A stretch of 63,935 nucleotides of DNA, filler included, from Octopus bimaculoides (Eukaryota): the NCBI RefSeq assembly GCF_001194135.2. It is 9 parts of 7 records of this genome, joined end to end, with 100 filler letters (N's around TTAATTAATTAA, not from the genome) between each part and the next. Parts side by side here need not be neighbours in the genome. Positions count along the whole stretch, not along the records: positions 13,108 to 31,032 come from NC_068992.1; positions 31,133 to 39,074 come from NC_068990.1; 7 more parts are not named here. One strand, 5' to 3'. Of the stretch, positions 23,363-35,933 are shown piece after piece. The notes under the pieces are model-generated. The model saw nothing but the letters and a program-made list of their open reading frames with translations, was not told the origin of the DNA and did no database searches. How positions within the stretch are numbered: the stretch's first letter is position 1; each line of letters begins with the position of its first letter. A program made the position numbers and the translations under genes.

Positions 23363-23941
23363 TAATACGACATCTGGTGTGTGGGACACCGTACTCCTGT
23401 AAAGGCAATGTGAATTTGATGGATGAGAGAGTTTATATACAGCACAAAAGAGGTGGAGTATTGTGCAAAAAAAAAAAAACAGTTTCAAGCAATGAAAGAT
23501 TCTAGACGATCGCTTCGAACTTAGACCTCACCGTCTTAAAATAATATGACTTTACTGATCAACTCAGACCTGGATAAATATAATACGCTAGAAATAAAAA
23601 TGTGTTCGTCACGGTCAGAACGCCGATCAGACGATAAGTATTTATCACAGAAAGCATACCATTGTTGGTCGTTTGTTCACCCTACCTTATATGGAATTAA
23701 TTTCACCCTCCCTCTCTCACTGTCTATTAGATACTAACTACATCTCCTATACAATTACAAAAAATAATTCACCTCACCAGCTTTCATCTCTTTCTGTTAC
23801 GACTTCTCACGCTACTCCTCACATTTCTGCAACTACGACTGTTACCGCTTATGCAGATGTCGTTTTCATTTGGAGATAGAATTTAGATTACGGAGGTAGG
23901 TAGGTAGGTAGGCAGATAGACTGACAAACAGGTTGACCGGC

Positions 23942-23981
<40 letters not shown>

Positions 23982-24623
23982 TGACATGTCAATGTATGGA
24001 GCTCAGACTTCACTCTATCACAACTCTGAGTACGTGCATGTGTGTGTGTGTGTGTGTGTGTGTGGTGAGACAGAGAGAAAGAGAGAGATTACGATATAGA
24101 ACGACATTAAAATTAAACATGTATAAGTATAAATGCGCGTACATATGCGCAAATGTGTAAGAAGAGAGCAGCAGTGTGGGTATCAAGCGACCTTATCCAT
24201 TCAGCAAAGCCTTTACTTGTTCCCATCATCATCATCATAACCATCATCATCATCATCAATACTAATGAAAGTCATTGTTGGTTGCTTGGTCACGCTAAAA
24301 ATGTTACGCTGTTTAATACGAACTACAGAACATCAGTATGTTACATCTGTAATTTATTGCTAACTAAACAGTATTATTGTTATTAATAATATAATTATTG
24401 CAAAATATACAAATAAGAAATTTGTTTAACTTAATTTTTTTAATGTAATAAATATTTTTATTTTGAGAATTAGTATTCGTTTTATTCTTTTGTGGATAAA
24501 TAAAATAAGTCTATAACTATTGTACCTACGTAAGATAATTATTGTACTTACGTAAGATATTAACAACAGTGGCAAACGCTTATTCTTAACAGAACTCACC
24601 ATGCGACGGGTAACAGTAGGGTG

Positions 24624-24862
24624 CACAAGGAGGTTGCTGAAAAGCTCCTGGTTTTAAGGATATCACGGAAAGCCTGGCTGGAGACCCAACATTCCGAATT
24701 CTTTACAGGGCTTAGAAAAACTGAAGGACTGTTGCAAAGCTGCAATAGATGTGTGAATCTGACAGGGGAATATGTTGAATGAAATCATAATTAACTGATC
24801 CTCCTGTATTTTTTTTTTACCGAAAGTCAGGAACTTTTCAACACCACCACCACTACCTCGTA
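24624..24862 (+). mobile_element. Mariner-derived MITE
   Basis: Imperfect TIRs ..GCTGAAAAGCTCCTGGTTT / AAAGTCAGGAACTTTTCAACACC..CTCGTA. The interior retains the transposase C-terminus GLEKLKD..NRCVNLTGEYVE*. Confidence 0.7.
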
Positions 24863-24863
24863 T

Positions 24864-25033
24864 GGGTGCAGGCATAGCTGTGTGGTAAGAAGTTTGCTTC
24901 CTAACAACATGGTGTCGGGTTCAATCCCTCTGTGAGGTGGTTGGAGCAAGTGTCGTCTACTAAAGACTCGGACTTACCAAAGCCTTGTAAGTGTATTTGG
25001 TAGACGGAAACTGAACGAAGCCCGTCGTGTGTC

Positions 25034-25079
<46 letters not shown>

Positions 25080-25285
25080 TGCCCCGTCATCGCTTGACAA
25101 GCAGTGTAGGTGTGTTTACGTCCCCGTAACTTAGCGAATTGGCAAAAGAGACCGATAAAATAAGTACCAGGCTTTAAAAAAATTAAGTACTGAGGTCGAT
25201 TCATTCGATTAAAAAAAATCTTCAAAACGTTGCCCCAGCATGGCCGCAGTGTAATGACTTAAACAAGGAAAAGATTAAAGATAAA
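24864..25285 (+). mobile_element. tRNA-SINE family A, full length
   Basis: Head, internal (TG)n and 3' body ending CAGCATGGCCGCAGT..GACT.AAACAAG.AAAAGA. Confidence 0.85.
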
Positions 25286-26100
25286 ACATACATATCCGAA
25301 TAAATAGAGACACGCAGATGCATAAACACACATACATACATACATACACACACATACATATATTCATACATACATACATGCATACATACATACATATATA
25401 CAGGCATACATACGTACATACATACATTCATGCATACATACGTACATACATACATACATACGTACGTACATACATACTTACATACATACACACACATTAT
25501 ATAAACACGTAATCACACCTAAACACACACGTGCGTATATATTATTTATATCCATCATACTATACGTATATACCTGCCGACGGAGCTACAGACACTGACA
25601 TATAGAAATATATACAAAAGAATCTATAGAAATTCAATACATATGTCAATATAATTGATGTATACAAGTGAATGTATACGTAAAGAGACAGACGGCTAGA
25701 CACACATGTACAGACGAGTGTATAATCACATTTATACATATGCAAAACAGAAATGAATGCGTGTATATGTGAAAAAAATACAAAAGTAAGTGTAAATGAC
25801 TGTGAAAATAGATGTGTAGGTATATACTTAGATAAGAGATACAGAGACAGATATGGACATACGTAGATATGTGTGTGTGTGTGCATCGATATATATATAT
25901 ATGTATATAATATATATATATATATTTATATATATATATATGACTGCTCAACACCGCGTTGGTGGGTGTAATTTCGTTATTTGTGAATTAAAGCTACCAT
26001 TGGTTTCATCTTAAGAAAAGTTGGAAAATATTCTAGTGTCTTAACAATTCTTCAAGTCGATCAAATGGAGAAAGATGTTCACCTCCGTTTTGGAAAATAC

Positions 26101-27042
26101 AGCCTCGTTTTGTACGCGGGGCATCTCGTAAATTCACGTGAACAAAACAATGAATCAAAGGAAGTTACTCTTTGGTGACATCTTTTGGATGTTTGTCTTC
26201 CTTGGATTTGTCATTTGGGTAAATTGTTGTATGATCAATTTGTTTGCATGGTGTTCTTATACTGAAGTAGTTTGTCATCGAGGCATATTTCTTCTGTGTG
26301 TGGATTAGAAAGGTCCAACTTCAAGAATAGCATATACTACATTGAACCAAATATAAACAGATCAAGAGGCGCAGATAGAGGAAAATCTTATGGTTTAACC
26401 CACCTTATAGCATGTATGTAGCTACTAACATAGCTAGGAAATTCTTAAAACTAATAGACAACCACTTCCCACATTCACACAAATACCACAAGATTTTCAA
26501 CAGAAATACTATTAAAGTTAGCTATAGTTGCCTCCCCAATATAGGGTCAATAATACTCAATCGCAATAAATATAAACACACCAGAAACACCAAAAAATGC
26601 AGAGGTCAGGGTACCAAATGTGAATTCTGTATTACTGAAAAATTAAACATTATACAATCAACAGATAACATCCTAAACATCAGGGATGAAGCCTTCTCTC
26701 CCAACATACACAAACAATATTTTACACTCAATTATTTCAAAGAGCTACTGTCTGCGACGGTAACCCCACCAGGATAGTACCTTTCCTAAACGTGAACATA
26801 CGTAGCACACAAACTTCACACACAGAAGAAATATGCCCCAATGGCGAACTACCCCAGTACACAAATATAAGAACACCATGCCCAGAACAAAAACAACATA
26901 ATGCAAACAAATTGATCATACAATTTGCCCAAATGACAAATCCAGGGGAGACAAACATCCAAAAGATGTCACCAAAGAGTAACATCCCTTGATTCATTTT
27001 GTTCACGTGAATTTACTAAAACCCCGCGAAGAAAATGAGGCT
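26101..27042 (+). mobile_element. Internally deleted Penelope-like element with inverted pseudo-LTR
   Basis: Reads [48 protein letters not shown] then [20 protein letters not shown] (PLE linker and end of the GIY-YIG region). 26101-26303 is an inverted copy of 26817-27042. Confidence 0.75.
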
Positions 27043-27075
27043 ATATACATACATACATACATAAATACATATACA

Positions 27076-27130
<55 letters not shown>

Positions 27131-27279
27131 TTATGCGCGTATGTGTATAAGCACGGTAATGATGATAGATATCCATATATGCACAAAAAATATATACAGA
27201 TAGGCATACGGGCACACATACATGCAAAAAAACACACGTGTTCACTCACATACGTGTGTGTGTGTAATGTATATATATA

Positions 27280-28556
27280 TTGGGTTGGCAACTAAGTTCG
27301 CACCGTTTTTTATTTTTTATTTTTAAAAGGTTTAATAAAAAAAATAACAACTAATTAATCAATAATGTATTCACCCTTGTTGTTTACAACTTCTCAACGT
27401 TCAACAAGATTTTCAATACCTCGTTGGCACCCGATTTCGACTCGAAAAATTGATCCAACCAAGCTCTCAATTCTGCATCAGTATTGAACGAAACTCTGCG
27501 TATAGTATTTGAAAGAGATCGAAAGATGTGGAAATCCGTTGGTGCCAAATCAGGAGAGTACAGTGGGTGTGGCAGCCCTTCCCAGCCATGCGTTTGAATG
27601 GCTCCCTTGGTCATATTGGCGATATTAGGGCGGGCGTTGTCGTGCAGCAGAGGAACTCCATGTTGCCGATTAGGTCTTTTCTCCTGAATAGCCGTGTTGA
27701 TTTGTTCCATCTGTTGAACATAGAGTTCTGCGTTGACCATTTGGTTCCGTTCAAGCAATTCGTAATGGATAATCCCTTCCCAGTTCCACCATACATACAA
27801 CATCGTTTTGCGCGGAAGATCTTGTTTCACGCACGGTGTCACTTGTTTACCGGGGCTAAGCCATTCCTTAAGCTGCTTCATATTGATGTGCAGGCACCAT
27901 TTTTCGTCACCAGTAATGATTCGGTAAAGAAATCGTTGCTTGTGTCCATGAGTTGAGCGGTGACGAGCAAACAAACCGGCGGAGATTGTAGCTCGTTGAT
28001 TTTTGTTGTTGTCACTTAAAGCATGCGGAACCCATGCTCCATACTTCTGAACCTTTCCCATCGAGTGAAGATGCATCTCTATAGCAGTGTGGGAGCATTC
28101 CATTTTCTCTGCCAGTTCCCTTGTTGTCTAACGAGAATTTTCGTGCAAAAGTTGGTTTAATCGCTCTTCATCGAACTCAACTGGACTGCCAGAACGAGGT
28201 GCGTTTATGAGGTCAAAGTTTCCATTTTTGAACTTGGTATACCAATCACAAGCGGTTCTTTCAGCTATGGCACCCTCTCCATACACAGCACAAATGTCGC
28301 GAACAGCTTTTGCGGCCTTAGAACCTTGATTAAAAGCAAAAAGAAGGAGGTGTCGAAAATGCTCATTTTTCTTAACTTGACATTCCATTTTAATGATCTA
28401 AAAATTAAAAAAAAATTAACCAAAAGTAACTAGAAAAAAAAACAGATTCCAAAACGATTCAAACATAGAATTTTCGAAAAAAATAGATTCCAAAATTTTA
28501 AATCGCAATAAATTCCAAAATTTTAAAAAACGGTGGGAAGTTAGTTGCCAACCCAA
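27280..28556 (-). mobile_element. Near full-length mariner (D,D34D) transposon, mellifera-subfamily-like, defective
   Basis: TIRs TTGGGTTGGCAACTAAGTTCGCACCGTTTTT and AAAAAACGGTGGGAAGTTAGTTGCCAACCCAA, flanked by TA inside (TA)n; length 1277 bp. Transposase motifs WVPHAL, ITGDEKW, HDNARP, YSPDLAPTD. Confidence 0.95.
27356..28388 (-). pseudogene. Mariner transposase pseudogene
   Basis: ORFs 28128-28388 and 27384-28103 are in the same frame, separated by one premature stop. Frameshifts near the C-terminus; the remnant RGIENLVER..VNNKGEYIID* is visible in shifted frames. Confidence 0.9.
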
Positions 28557-29845
28557 TATATATATATATATATATATACATATATATATAACCTTATATA
28601 TATTTACACACGCATACACAAACATATAACAACAAGCACGCTCGTATTGTCGCGTACACACAACGAATATATGCATACATGTACACAGAGAGTTTGTTCT
28701 GTTGACCTACTGGAGACTATTAAGATAAGTGAATAGAAATACCCAAATTTTTTAAGAACAGGGCTACCAAAAACAAGAAAATACTTTGGTTTCCAACAGA
28801 AGAAAGAAAAATTATCAGATACGTCAAGCGAGAAAGTCAGTTAAAAGATAAAGCCAAAGGTATTGTATAGTTCTTATTTAGCGATGTCTATAGATTCAGA
28901 TTAAGCTAGTCCCCTAATTCCTTGTGTAAGAGAGTCTAAATATTCGAAGACACATGAGGTTGCAATTGATGATTAATTTATTACAGTTCTCTAGAAATCC
29001 AGCGGGCAATTAAATTTGAATTGCTTCTTGGCAACGCAATCTACACAGTTTTCGTTCTCTTTGTATATGATTGATGCACAGTAGGATTGAACCCAAAACC
29101 ATGAGATTACAAAACCAGCTTCTTAACCACACAGCTATACCTGCATTTAATGCTTAATTAAACTATCTATTGATTTCTAAGACACATGGATAGTTCAATA
29201 AAAGCTCGGTTGACTGTCAGAGTCAAGTAAACAATATACGATCAGGCAAATGCCTGATCGTTTTATCGATTCAAGCCGCATAGACATACCACTTCGTTGG
29301 TACATGTCTATATTTCATGTGTTTAATATGAGCTAGAACCATTGCATACGTATTTTAGTGTAAGATAGAGAATACTGCTATGTTCATGCCTCTCTCAAGG
29401 GCTTTAAACTAAAGTGACAGGTGAAGGGGTTAATCCGAATGACGGATTAAGTCTACGAGCCAGCAAAATGCAGTGGTTTCAATTTTTCAAAGAGATAAAA
29501 CTGCAATGTTCACCTAGATGTTTTACAAACAACTTGCACATGCAAGCGCTACCAGTCGAAAGCTCAGCATACCGGAAGCCAGCAAGTGTATGGGGTCACC
29601 AGGAGAGAATGCGCGCCGTTCCGGGGCCTACCTCTCGACGGCATCAATGCGGTCCACCCCCACCCCCACACTCACTGCAATATTCACCTAAATGTAATTC
29701 AGATATGAAATTTCAAACCAGAGTAAAAATCGGTTTTTCGAAGTAAACAAAAAAAAAAGTTACACTTCAATCGAAATTCAATATCTAAACTTTGAAAACT
29801 AAAACTCAAATAGATTTTCATTTTCTTACTTTTTTTTTTTGCTTT

Positions 29846-30185
29846 GAAGGCACATGGCTCAGTGGTTAGAGCGTCGGGCTCACAATCATGAGGTAGTGGG
29901 TTCGATTTCTAGACCAGGTTGTGTGTTGTGTTCTTGAGCAAGACACTTTATTTCACGTTGCTCCAGTTCACTCAGCTGTAGAAATGAGTTGCGACGAGAC
30001 TGGTGCCAAGCTGGATCGGCCTTTGCCTTTCCCTTGGATATCATCGGTATCGGAGAGAGAGGACGCTGGTGCGCATGGGTGACTGCTGGTCTTCCATAAG
30101 CAACCTTGCCCGGACTTGTGCCTCGTGGGGTGGGGTGGGGTTACTTACTAGGTGCAATCCTATGGTCATTCATGACCAAAGGGAG
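29846..30185 (+). mobile_element. tRNA-SINE family C variant
   Basis: TGGCTCAGTGG, GTTCGATTTC, CTTGAGCAAGACACTTTATTTCACG with a different 3' body. Related heads lie at 22065-22325 and 30928-31032. Confidence 0.8.
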
Positions 30186-30449
30186 AAATAAGAGAGAATA
30201 GAGTTATATAACAAGACAACACATGAATGATTGAGGAGAAAGGGAGAAAAAAGCAGGCTGGTGTGTAAATTTGTATGCTTTTATGCTCTTTTACTCGTTT
30301 CAGTTATTGGACTGTGTTGTGCTAGCTCTCCACTTTGAAGGGTTTTAGACAAGCCCTCCCTCAACACCAACATTTTCATCTTCATTTCTCTATAATATGT
30401 TAGTATTTTTTAAAGGAGATACTTATAGGAAAATTCTAAAATGGTGCGT

Positions 30450-30690
30450 TCTTATTCTTCTTGTTTAAATTGTGTGATTATGCAGATGGTCTCTTGTGCA
30501 ATGTTCGCTTCTAAAGTCAGCTTGTTCTTTAGCTGTTTCTTGCTTGAGGAATGGTTTCAAACATTCTAAGATGATGACCAAAAGTAATTTATTTGTATGT
30601 GATATCAGTGTTTGTGTGATAATCCTCACCCATAAGCAAGTCTCCCCATTCTCTATATGGGCACATATTTCATACAAAACTATTAGTAGC
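30450..30690 (-). mobile_element. RTE-clade RT fragment
   Basis: TLISHTNKLLLVIILECLKPFLKQETAKEQADFRSEHCTRDH is a decayed ISLISHASK..EQAGFR..TRD motif. Confidence 0.75.
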
Positions 30691-31132
30691 ACATAATAAC
30701 ATGTGGCGTTAGGAAGGGCATCCAGCTGTAGAAACTCTGCCAGATCAGATTGGAGCCTGGTGCAGCCATCTGGCTTGCCAGTCCCCAGTCAAACTGTCCA
30801 ACCCATGCCAGCATGGAAAGCGGACATTAAACGATGATGATGATGATGATTTCACTGTGCACCAATCCTCCCTCAAGATCTTACAACAGAGGTTGTGGAA
30901 TACTATTATAGTGATTCTTTCCTGCATGGAGGCACAATGGCCTACTGGTTAGGGCAGCGGACTTGCGGTCATAGGATCGCGGTTTCGATTCCCAGACCGG
31001 ACGTTGTGAGTGTTTACTGAGCGAAAACACCTNNNNNNNNNNNNNNNNNNNNNNNNNNNNNNNNNNNNNNNNNNNNTTAATTAATTAANNNNNNNNNNNN
31101 NNNNNNNNNNNNNNNNNNNNNNNNNNNNNNNN

Positions 31133-31173
<41 letters not shown>

Positions 31174-31249
31174 TATATACGTATGTGTGTATGTATGTAT
31201 GTCATCTATGCATGTACATATATGTGTATGTGCATCAGTATGTATTAAA

Positions 31250-33412
31250 GGCAGCCTAAAAACTTAAAATGCTAGGATCGTGCATCTTGCTTTTCGTTCA
31301 AACGAATTCTTCTTGCTTAGATACACAAATAGGTTGTTTCAAATCGATAATATGTATATAAATTACATACCGTTACTGATGATAATTTGGTATATTTTAA
31401 ATTAATGGTATTATCTAATCAAATGCATTAAGAAATCATGTGAGGTTAAATGAAGAGAAAGTGTCGGAAAGTAAAAGAAAATTGGAAAGTATATTAGAAT
31501 ATAAATTAAAATATAAATTATTTTAGAAAAAGTTGAAGTTGATTAATATAAAGATAAAATAAAATACAAATTTGTTTAGTCTGGAATAATTGTTGGGTTT
31601 GTAAATTGGTAGTCTGTTCATTTAGAAGGAGGTTAAAGAATAAAATGTACTAAAGTTAACTACTGTGAAAAAGAAATTAATGACAATTAATATATTGATG
31701 GTTAAAGGGAAATTATATGTTGCAAGTTCAATAATCAAATAAATATAATTAATGGTGGAAGGTTAATCGAGTATCAGCTTAGGCAATTAAACGGTAAAAC
31801 TCCACTGTATTCCAATCTCTGGGTTCATTAGTTACTATTGTGTAGTTTGTTTCTATGATATATCATTACGGAATTGCAAAGTTATAACTATTAAAATGGT
31901 TGTTATTTGAGATGATGGACTTCATCTTAAATGTGTTTTCTGTCTGGTTAAAGGTGAATTATTACAATTCCATTGACAGTTATATTCCATAATGATGGGG
32001 CGTAGAAGTTAGCAGATGTGTACAATCTACTGGCAAGGGCGTGAGTTAAAATCATTTTTTTGAACAAAATTATCTGTTTGAGATTATTCAAGTTTCTAAG
32101 AATTCCATTCACAAGATTAAACTAATTCCAGCTTTGATTAAATGATTTCAAGTTGACAAGAAGGCTTCAACGTCTATGATGCACAGACGATAAGTCATTT
32201 TACCGTTAGTGTACCATTTTGCAAAATATAATGCTTCTATTTTGTATTAAAATTCGGATTGGCTGACTTTAAATTACAAATGCCACTTCCTAGCAATGCG
32301 TCAGCTTTTTGTTTTGGATTCTAAAAGTGTTGCTATATTAATTAAAACCAATTTTAATGGCTTGGTCGTTAATCTTAGATGTGAAATTTATGATGATTCA
32401 GTGTTGATCTGGGTACAAAAAAATTATTTGGCCTAACAACTTCCTTCAAGCTGAAAACAGTTGATATTAATACAATCACAGTTAAATGTATTCTGTCTAG
32501 AGGATTAGGTTATTAAATTGAATACGTTATGATTTGCTAATATCAAGTCTTATCTTTTTCAGTCTTGGCATATGTGGTTTGAATAGAAATGTCGTGAGTG
32601 GAGTTTGAAAAGGTCTAAATATACGTGTACATTTACATGTACATACTTTAAATATCCTTGTGCGTAGGTTACCATACTCCTGAAGTCTTGTGTAGTAAAT
32701 TTCTACGTTCTTGTTAACCCGCATACACTATAATAATCATGTTTACCCACAAAGTAAATACTTTCAACAAAAACATCGTATCGACAAAGACAGCAACAGC
32801 TCTTTTAATTATTATAGCTTAGCGATTCCATGAAGATCTATCATAGAAACCAAACAATATTAACTGATAAACCTAGAATTTAGAATCCAGCCGAGTTTTA
32901 CCATTTATTACACCCATTCGATTGTTTAACTTTAGACTCGATTAACACCCGCCATTAATTATATTTATTTAATTAATGCACTTGCAACATACAATTTGCT
33001 ATCAGACATTCAATTTATTAAGCTTTATTAACTATTATTTTTAGTGTAGTTAACTTTATTGCAAACGGTTGTCCTTTAACCTCTTCTGTTCAACAAATTA
33101 CATGTATACAAATCAAAATATTGCAAGATATTCAAATCTGTATTTTATTTTACATTTACTATAGTTAATCCACTTCAATTTTATCCTACAATAATTTATA
33201 TTCTAATTTACATTCTAGTGTAATTGCTGTCATGCGCTTTCTCTTAATTTGAAATCACATCCTTTCTTAATAACGTATTTGATGAGATAATACTATTGGC
33301 TTGACATATATCAAATTGTCTCCAACAAGATAATGTAACCTAATATACATACATATTGTTAGCTAGGAAACGTTCTGCAGAAGACCATAGCAACTAAAGT
33401 TATATATGCTGT
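31250..33412. repeat. ~2.15 kb decayed palindrome centred near 32345
   Basis: Multiple anchor pairs with near-constant coordinate sum (~64660-64710), e.g. 31761/32947, 31793/32902, 31845/32855, 31463/33235, 32183/32496. Confidence 0.75.
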
Positions 33413-33502
33413 ATATTCATAAACTGGTATATCAAAGAACGTAGAAGTTTTTACGGGGAAACCTAAACACAATGCTATCGATTTTCTTTCTGGCTTCTGT
33501 TA

Positions 33503-33905
33503 AGTGGCTGTGTGGTAAGAAGTTTACTTCGCAACCACATGGTCCCGGGTTCTGTTCCATTGTGTGGCACATTGGACAAGTGTCCTCTACAATAGCTCCG
33601 ATCCCGATTAAAGCCTTGTAAATGGATTTGGTAGATGGAAACTGAAGGCTCATTAGATGTGTGTGTGTGTGTTTATGTGTATCTGTGTGTGTCTGTGTTT
33701 GCGTTTGTTCCCTACCACCGCTTGACTACCGGTGTCGGTTTGTTTACATCCCTGTAAGTTAGCGGTTCTGTGAAAAAGACCTATTAAATAAATACTGAAC
33801 TTTAAAAAAGCAATTTGTAGCTATTCGTTCGATTAAAACCATTAGAACCTTTCGAGTGGGTGCTCCAGCATGACAAAAGTCAAATGATTGGAACAAGTAA
33901 AAGAT
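33503..33905 (+). mobile_element. tRNA-SINE family A, full length, diverged
   Basis: Same head/(TG)n/3' body layout. Confidence 0.8.
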
Positions 33906-34472
33906 TATTTATGTATGTATGTATGTATACAAATCCTATGGTTCCCAAGGAAGCATGATAAGTCCACTTGCTTAAATATTAATACTGATTGTCAATGCAT
34001 TTTATTAAAACAGTGAGGTTTCCCTTTTCCTCATTCCATCATCTTCACGGTCACGCTATTAGACTTACGTAATTATCTGTTAATATGTACGTAAGTGCTA
34101 ATAATGATAATTGTGGGGGTTTTTTGTGAGGCATTCTTGAATGAGCTAAACTGCTTTATGTTTAGTTTTTGTAATATATATATAGGATAAGATACAAATC
34201 GTAATTTCAGGAAAATTACAGTTTTGAATATCGACACAAATGGGATTCGAACCCATAATCTTCGGCTCCGTAGGCAGATGCCTTATCCATTAGACCCTTT
34301 GTTCGATCTCATTTAAGACATTAATATCATCAAGGAATTCTGAAATAAACAGGTCAGCCTTTACAGGCACAACAGCCATCAGCTGTAGAAGTTCATTGTC
34401 TGGATTGATAAATGATACTTTCTTAGGGTGACCTTTTAATTATTTACGGTGGTACAATGGCATAATGTATAG

Positions 34473-34918
34473 CAGTTCTATATTTAAGAGATGAGGAATT
34501 ATGTACATTATTTACATTTGACGGATATTTGTCCTCATCTTGTTTGTTGTAAACACAAAGTTTCGGCTGATGTACCCTCCAGCTTTCATCAGGTGTCTTG
34601 GGGAAATTTCGAACCTGGGTTCTCATTTCTAAGGTATTTTTTGATACTCTTTTTTTTTTCTTTTAATTGTTTCAGTAATTTGACTGCCGCCATGCTGGAG
34701 CACCGCCTTTAGTCGAGCAAATCGACCCCAGGACTCATTGTTTGGAAGCCTAGTACTTATTCTATCGGTCTCTTTTTGCCGAACCGCTAAGTTACGGGGA
34801 CGTAAACACACCACCATCGGTTGTCAAGCGATGTTGGGGGTGACAAACACAGACACACAAGCATACACACNNNNNNNNNNNNNNNNNNNNNNNNNNNNNN
34901 NNNNNNNNNNNNNNNNNN

Positions 34919-34950
<32 letters not shown>

Positions 34951-35123
34951 GACAGGCTTCTTTCAGTTTCCGTCTACCAAATCCACTCACAAGGCTTTGG
35001 TCGGCCCGAGGCTATAGTAGAAGACACTTGCCCAAGGTGCCTCGCAGTGGAAATGAACCCGGAACCATGTGGTTGGTAAGCAAGCTACTTACCACACAGC
35101 CACTCCTGCGCCTGATGTTGTCG

Positions 35124-35157
<34 letters not shown>

Positions 35158-35240
35158 GGTCACTGCCTGGAATCGAACTCGGAATCTTGGAGTTAGTAGC
35201 CCGCGTTCTTAACCACTACGCCATATGCCCGTGGGCATAT
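34473..35240 (-). mobile_element. tRNA-headed hammerhead element (copy 2), interrupted by a nested SINE
   Basis: Head with hairpin, A box TGGCGTAGTGG (35213-23) and B box GTTCGATTCC (35169-78). Body 34473-34645 contains a hammerhead at 34552-34597 (GACAC-CTGATGA-A-AGCTG..CAGCC-GAAAC-TTT-GTGTT, degenerate). Confidence 0.75.
34650..35113 (-). mobile_element. tRNA-SINE family A, full length, nested in the hammerhead element
   Basis: Close to the consensus of the other copies; internal microsatellite and gap. Confidence 0.9.
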
Positions 35241-35630
35241 ATATAGTATCCTAAACATTGGTTAGTTTATTTCTTTGCGTTCCTTCCTTATTCTATAATA
35301 TTCTAATTGCGGTTGATCTTATTCCATTTCAAAATGTTTTTCTTCAAATTCAAGAAACGATGTTTTGCTTTTAGGTTTACATGATATGGGATTGCTTATT
35401 TATCACGTTTTCCCTGGATGTGACAATTTCATGAGTTTCCTCTAGGCATAAGTTGCATACTCGTGATGTTCCTTTGTACGGTGCAGCGTCTTATACAATA
35501 GACCAGTGGGTCGTATGCTCCACTCAATTCTGTTTGAGCCTCCAGACGAGGTTCGATAGGGATGTGGAGTGCCTTCTATTTATTTTGGAATATGCGTTTA
35601 CGTTTACCGTAATCAAATTTGAAAGATGTG

Positions 35631-35666
<36 letters not shown>

Positions 35667-35674
35667 CGTATGTA

Positions 35675-35706
<32 letters not shown>

Positions 35707-35933
35707 ACAGATGGAGGTGTATATACTTATATATATGTATACATATATATGTACACATATATGATTCGATCGAGAACCCTTGAGAGAATGACTAACCAAG
35801 TTAGCGTTAAAACTTATATACCCATCAGTAGAGAAGATGGCGTCGATACTATTCATGTTGATAATGATGCCGTTGAAATAATGAAAAGGAATCGCTCATC
35901 TTTTTAACAAACAGATTCATACAGCGTTATTAA

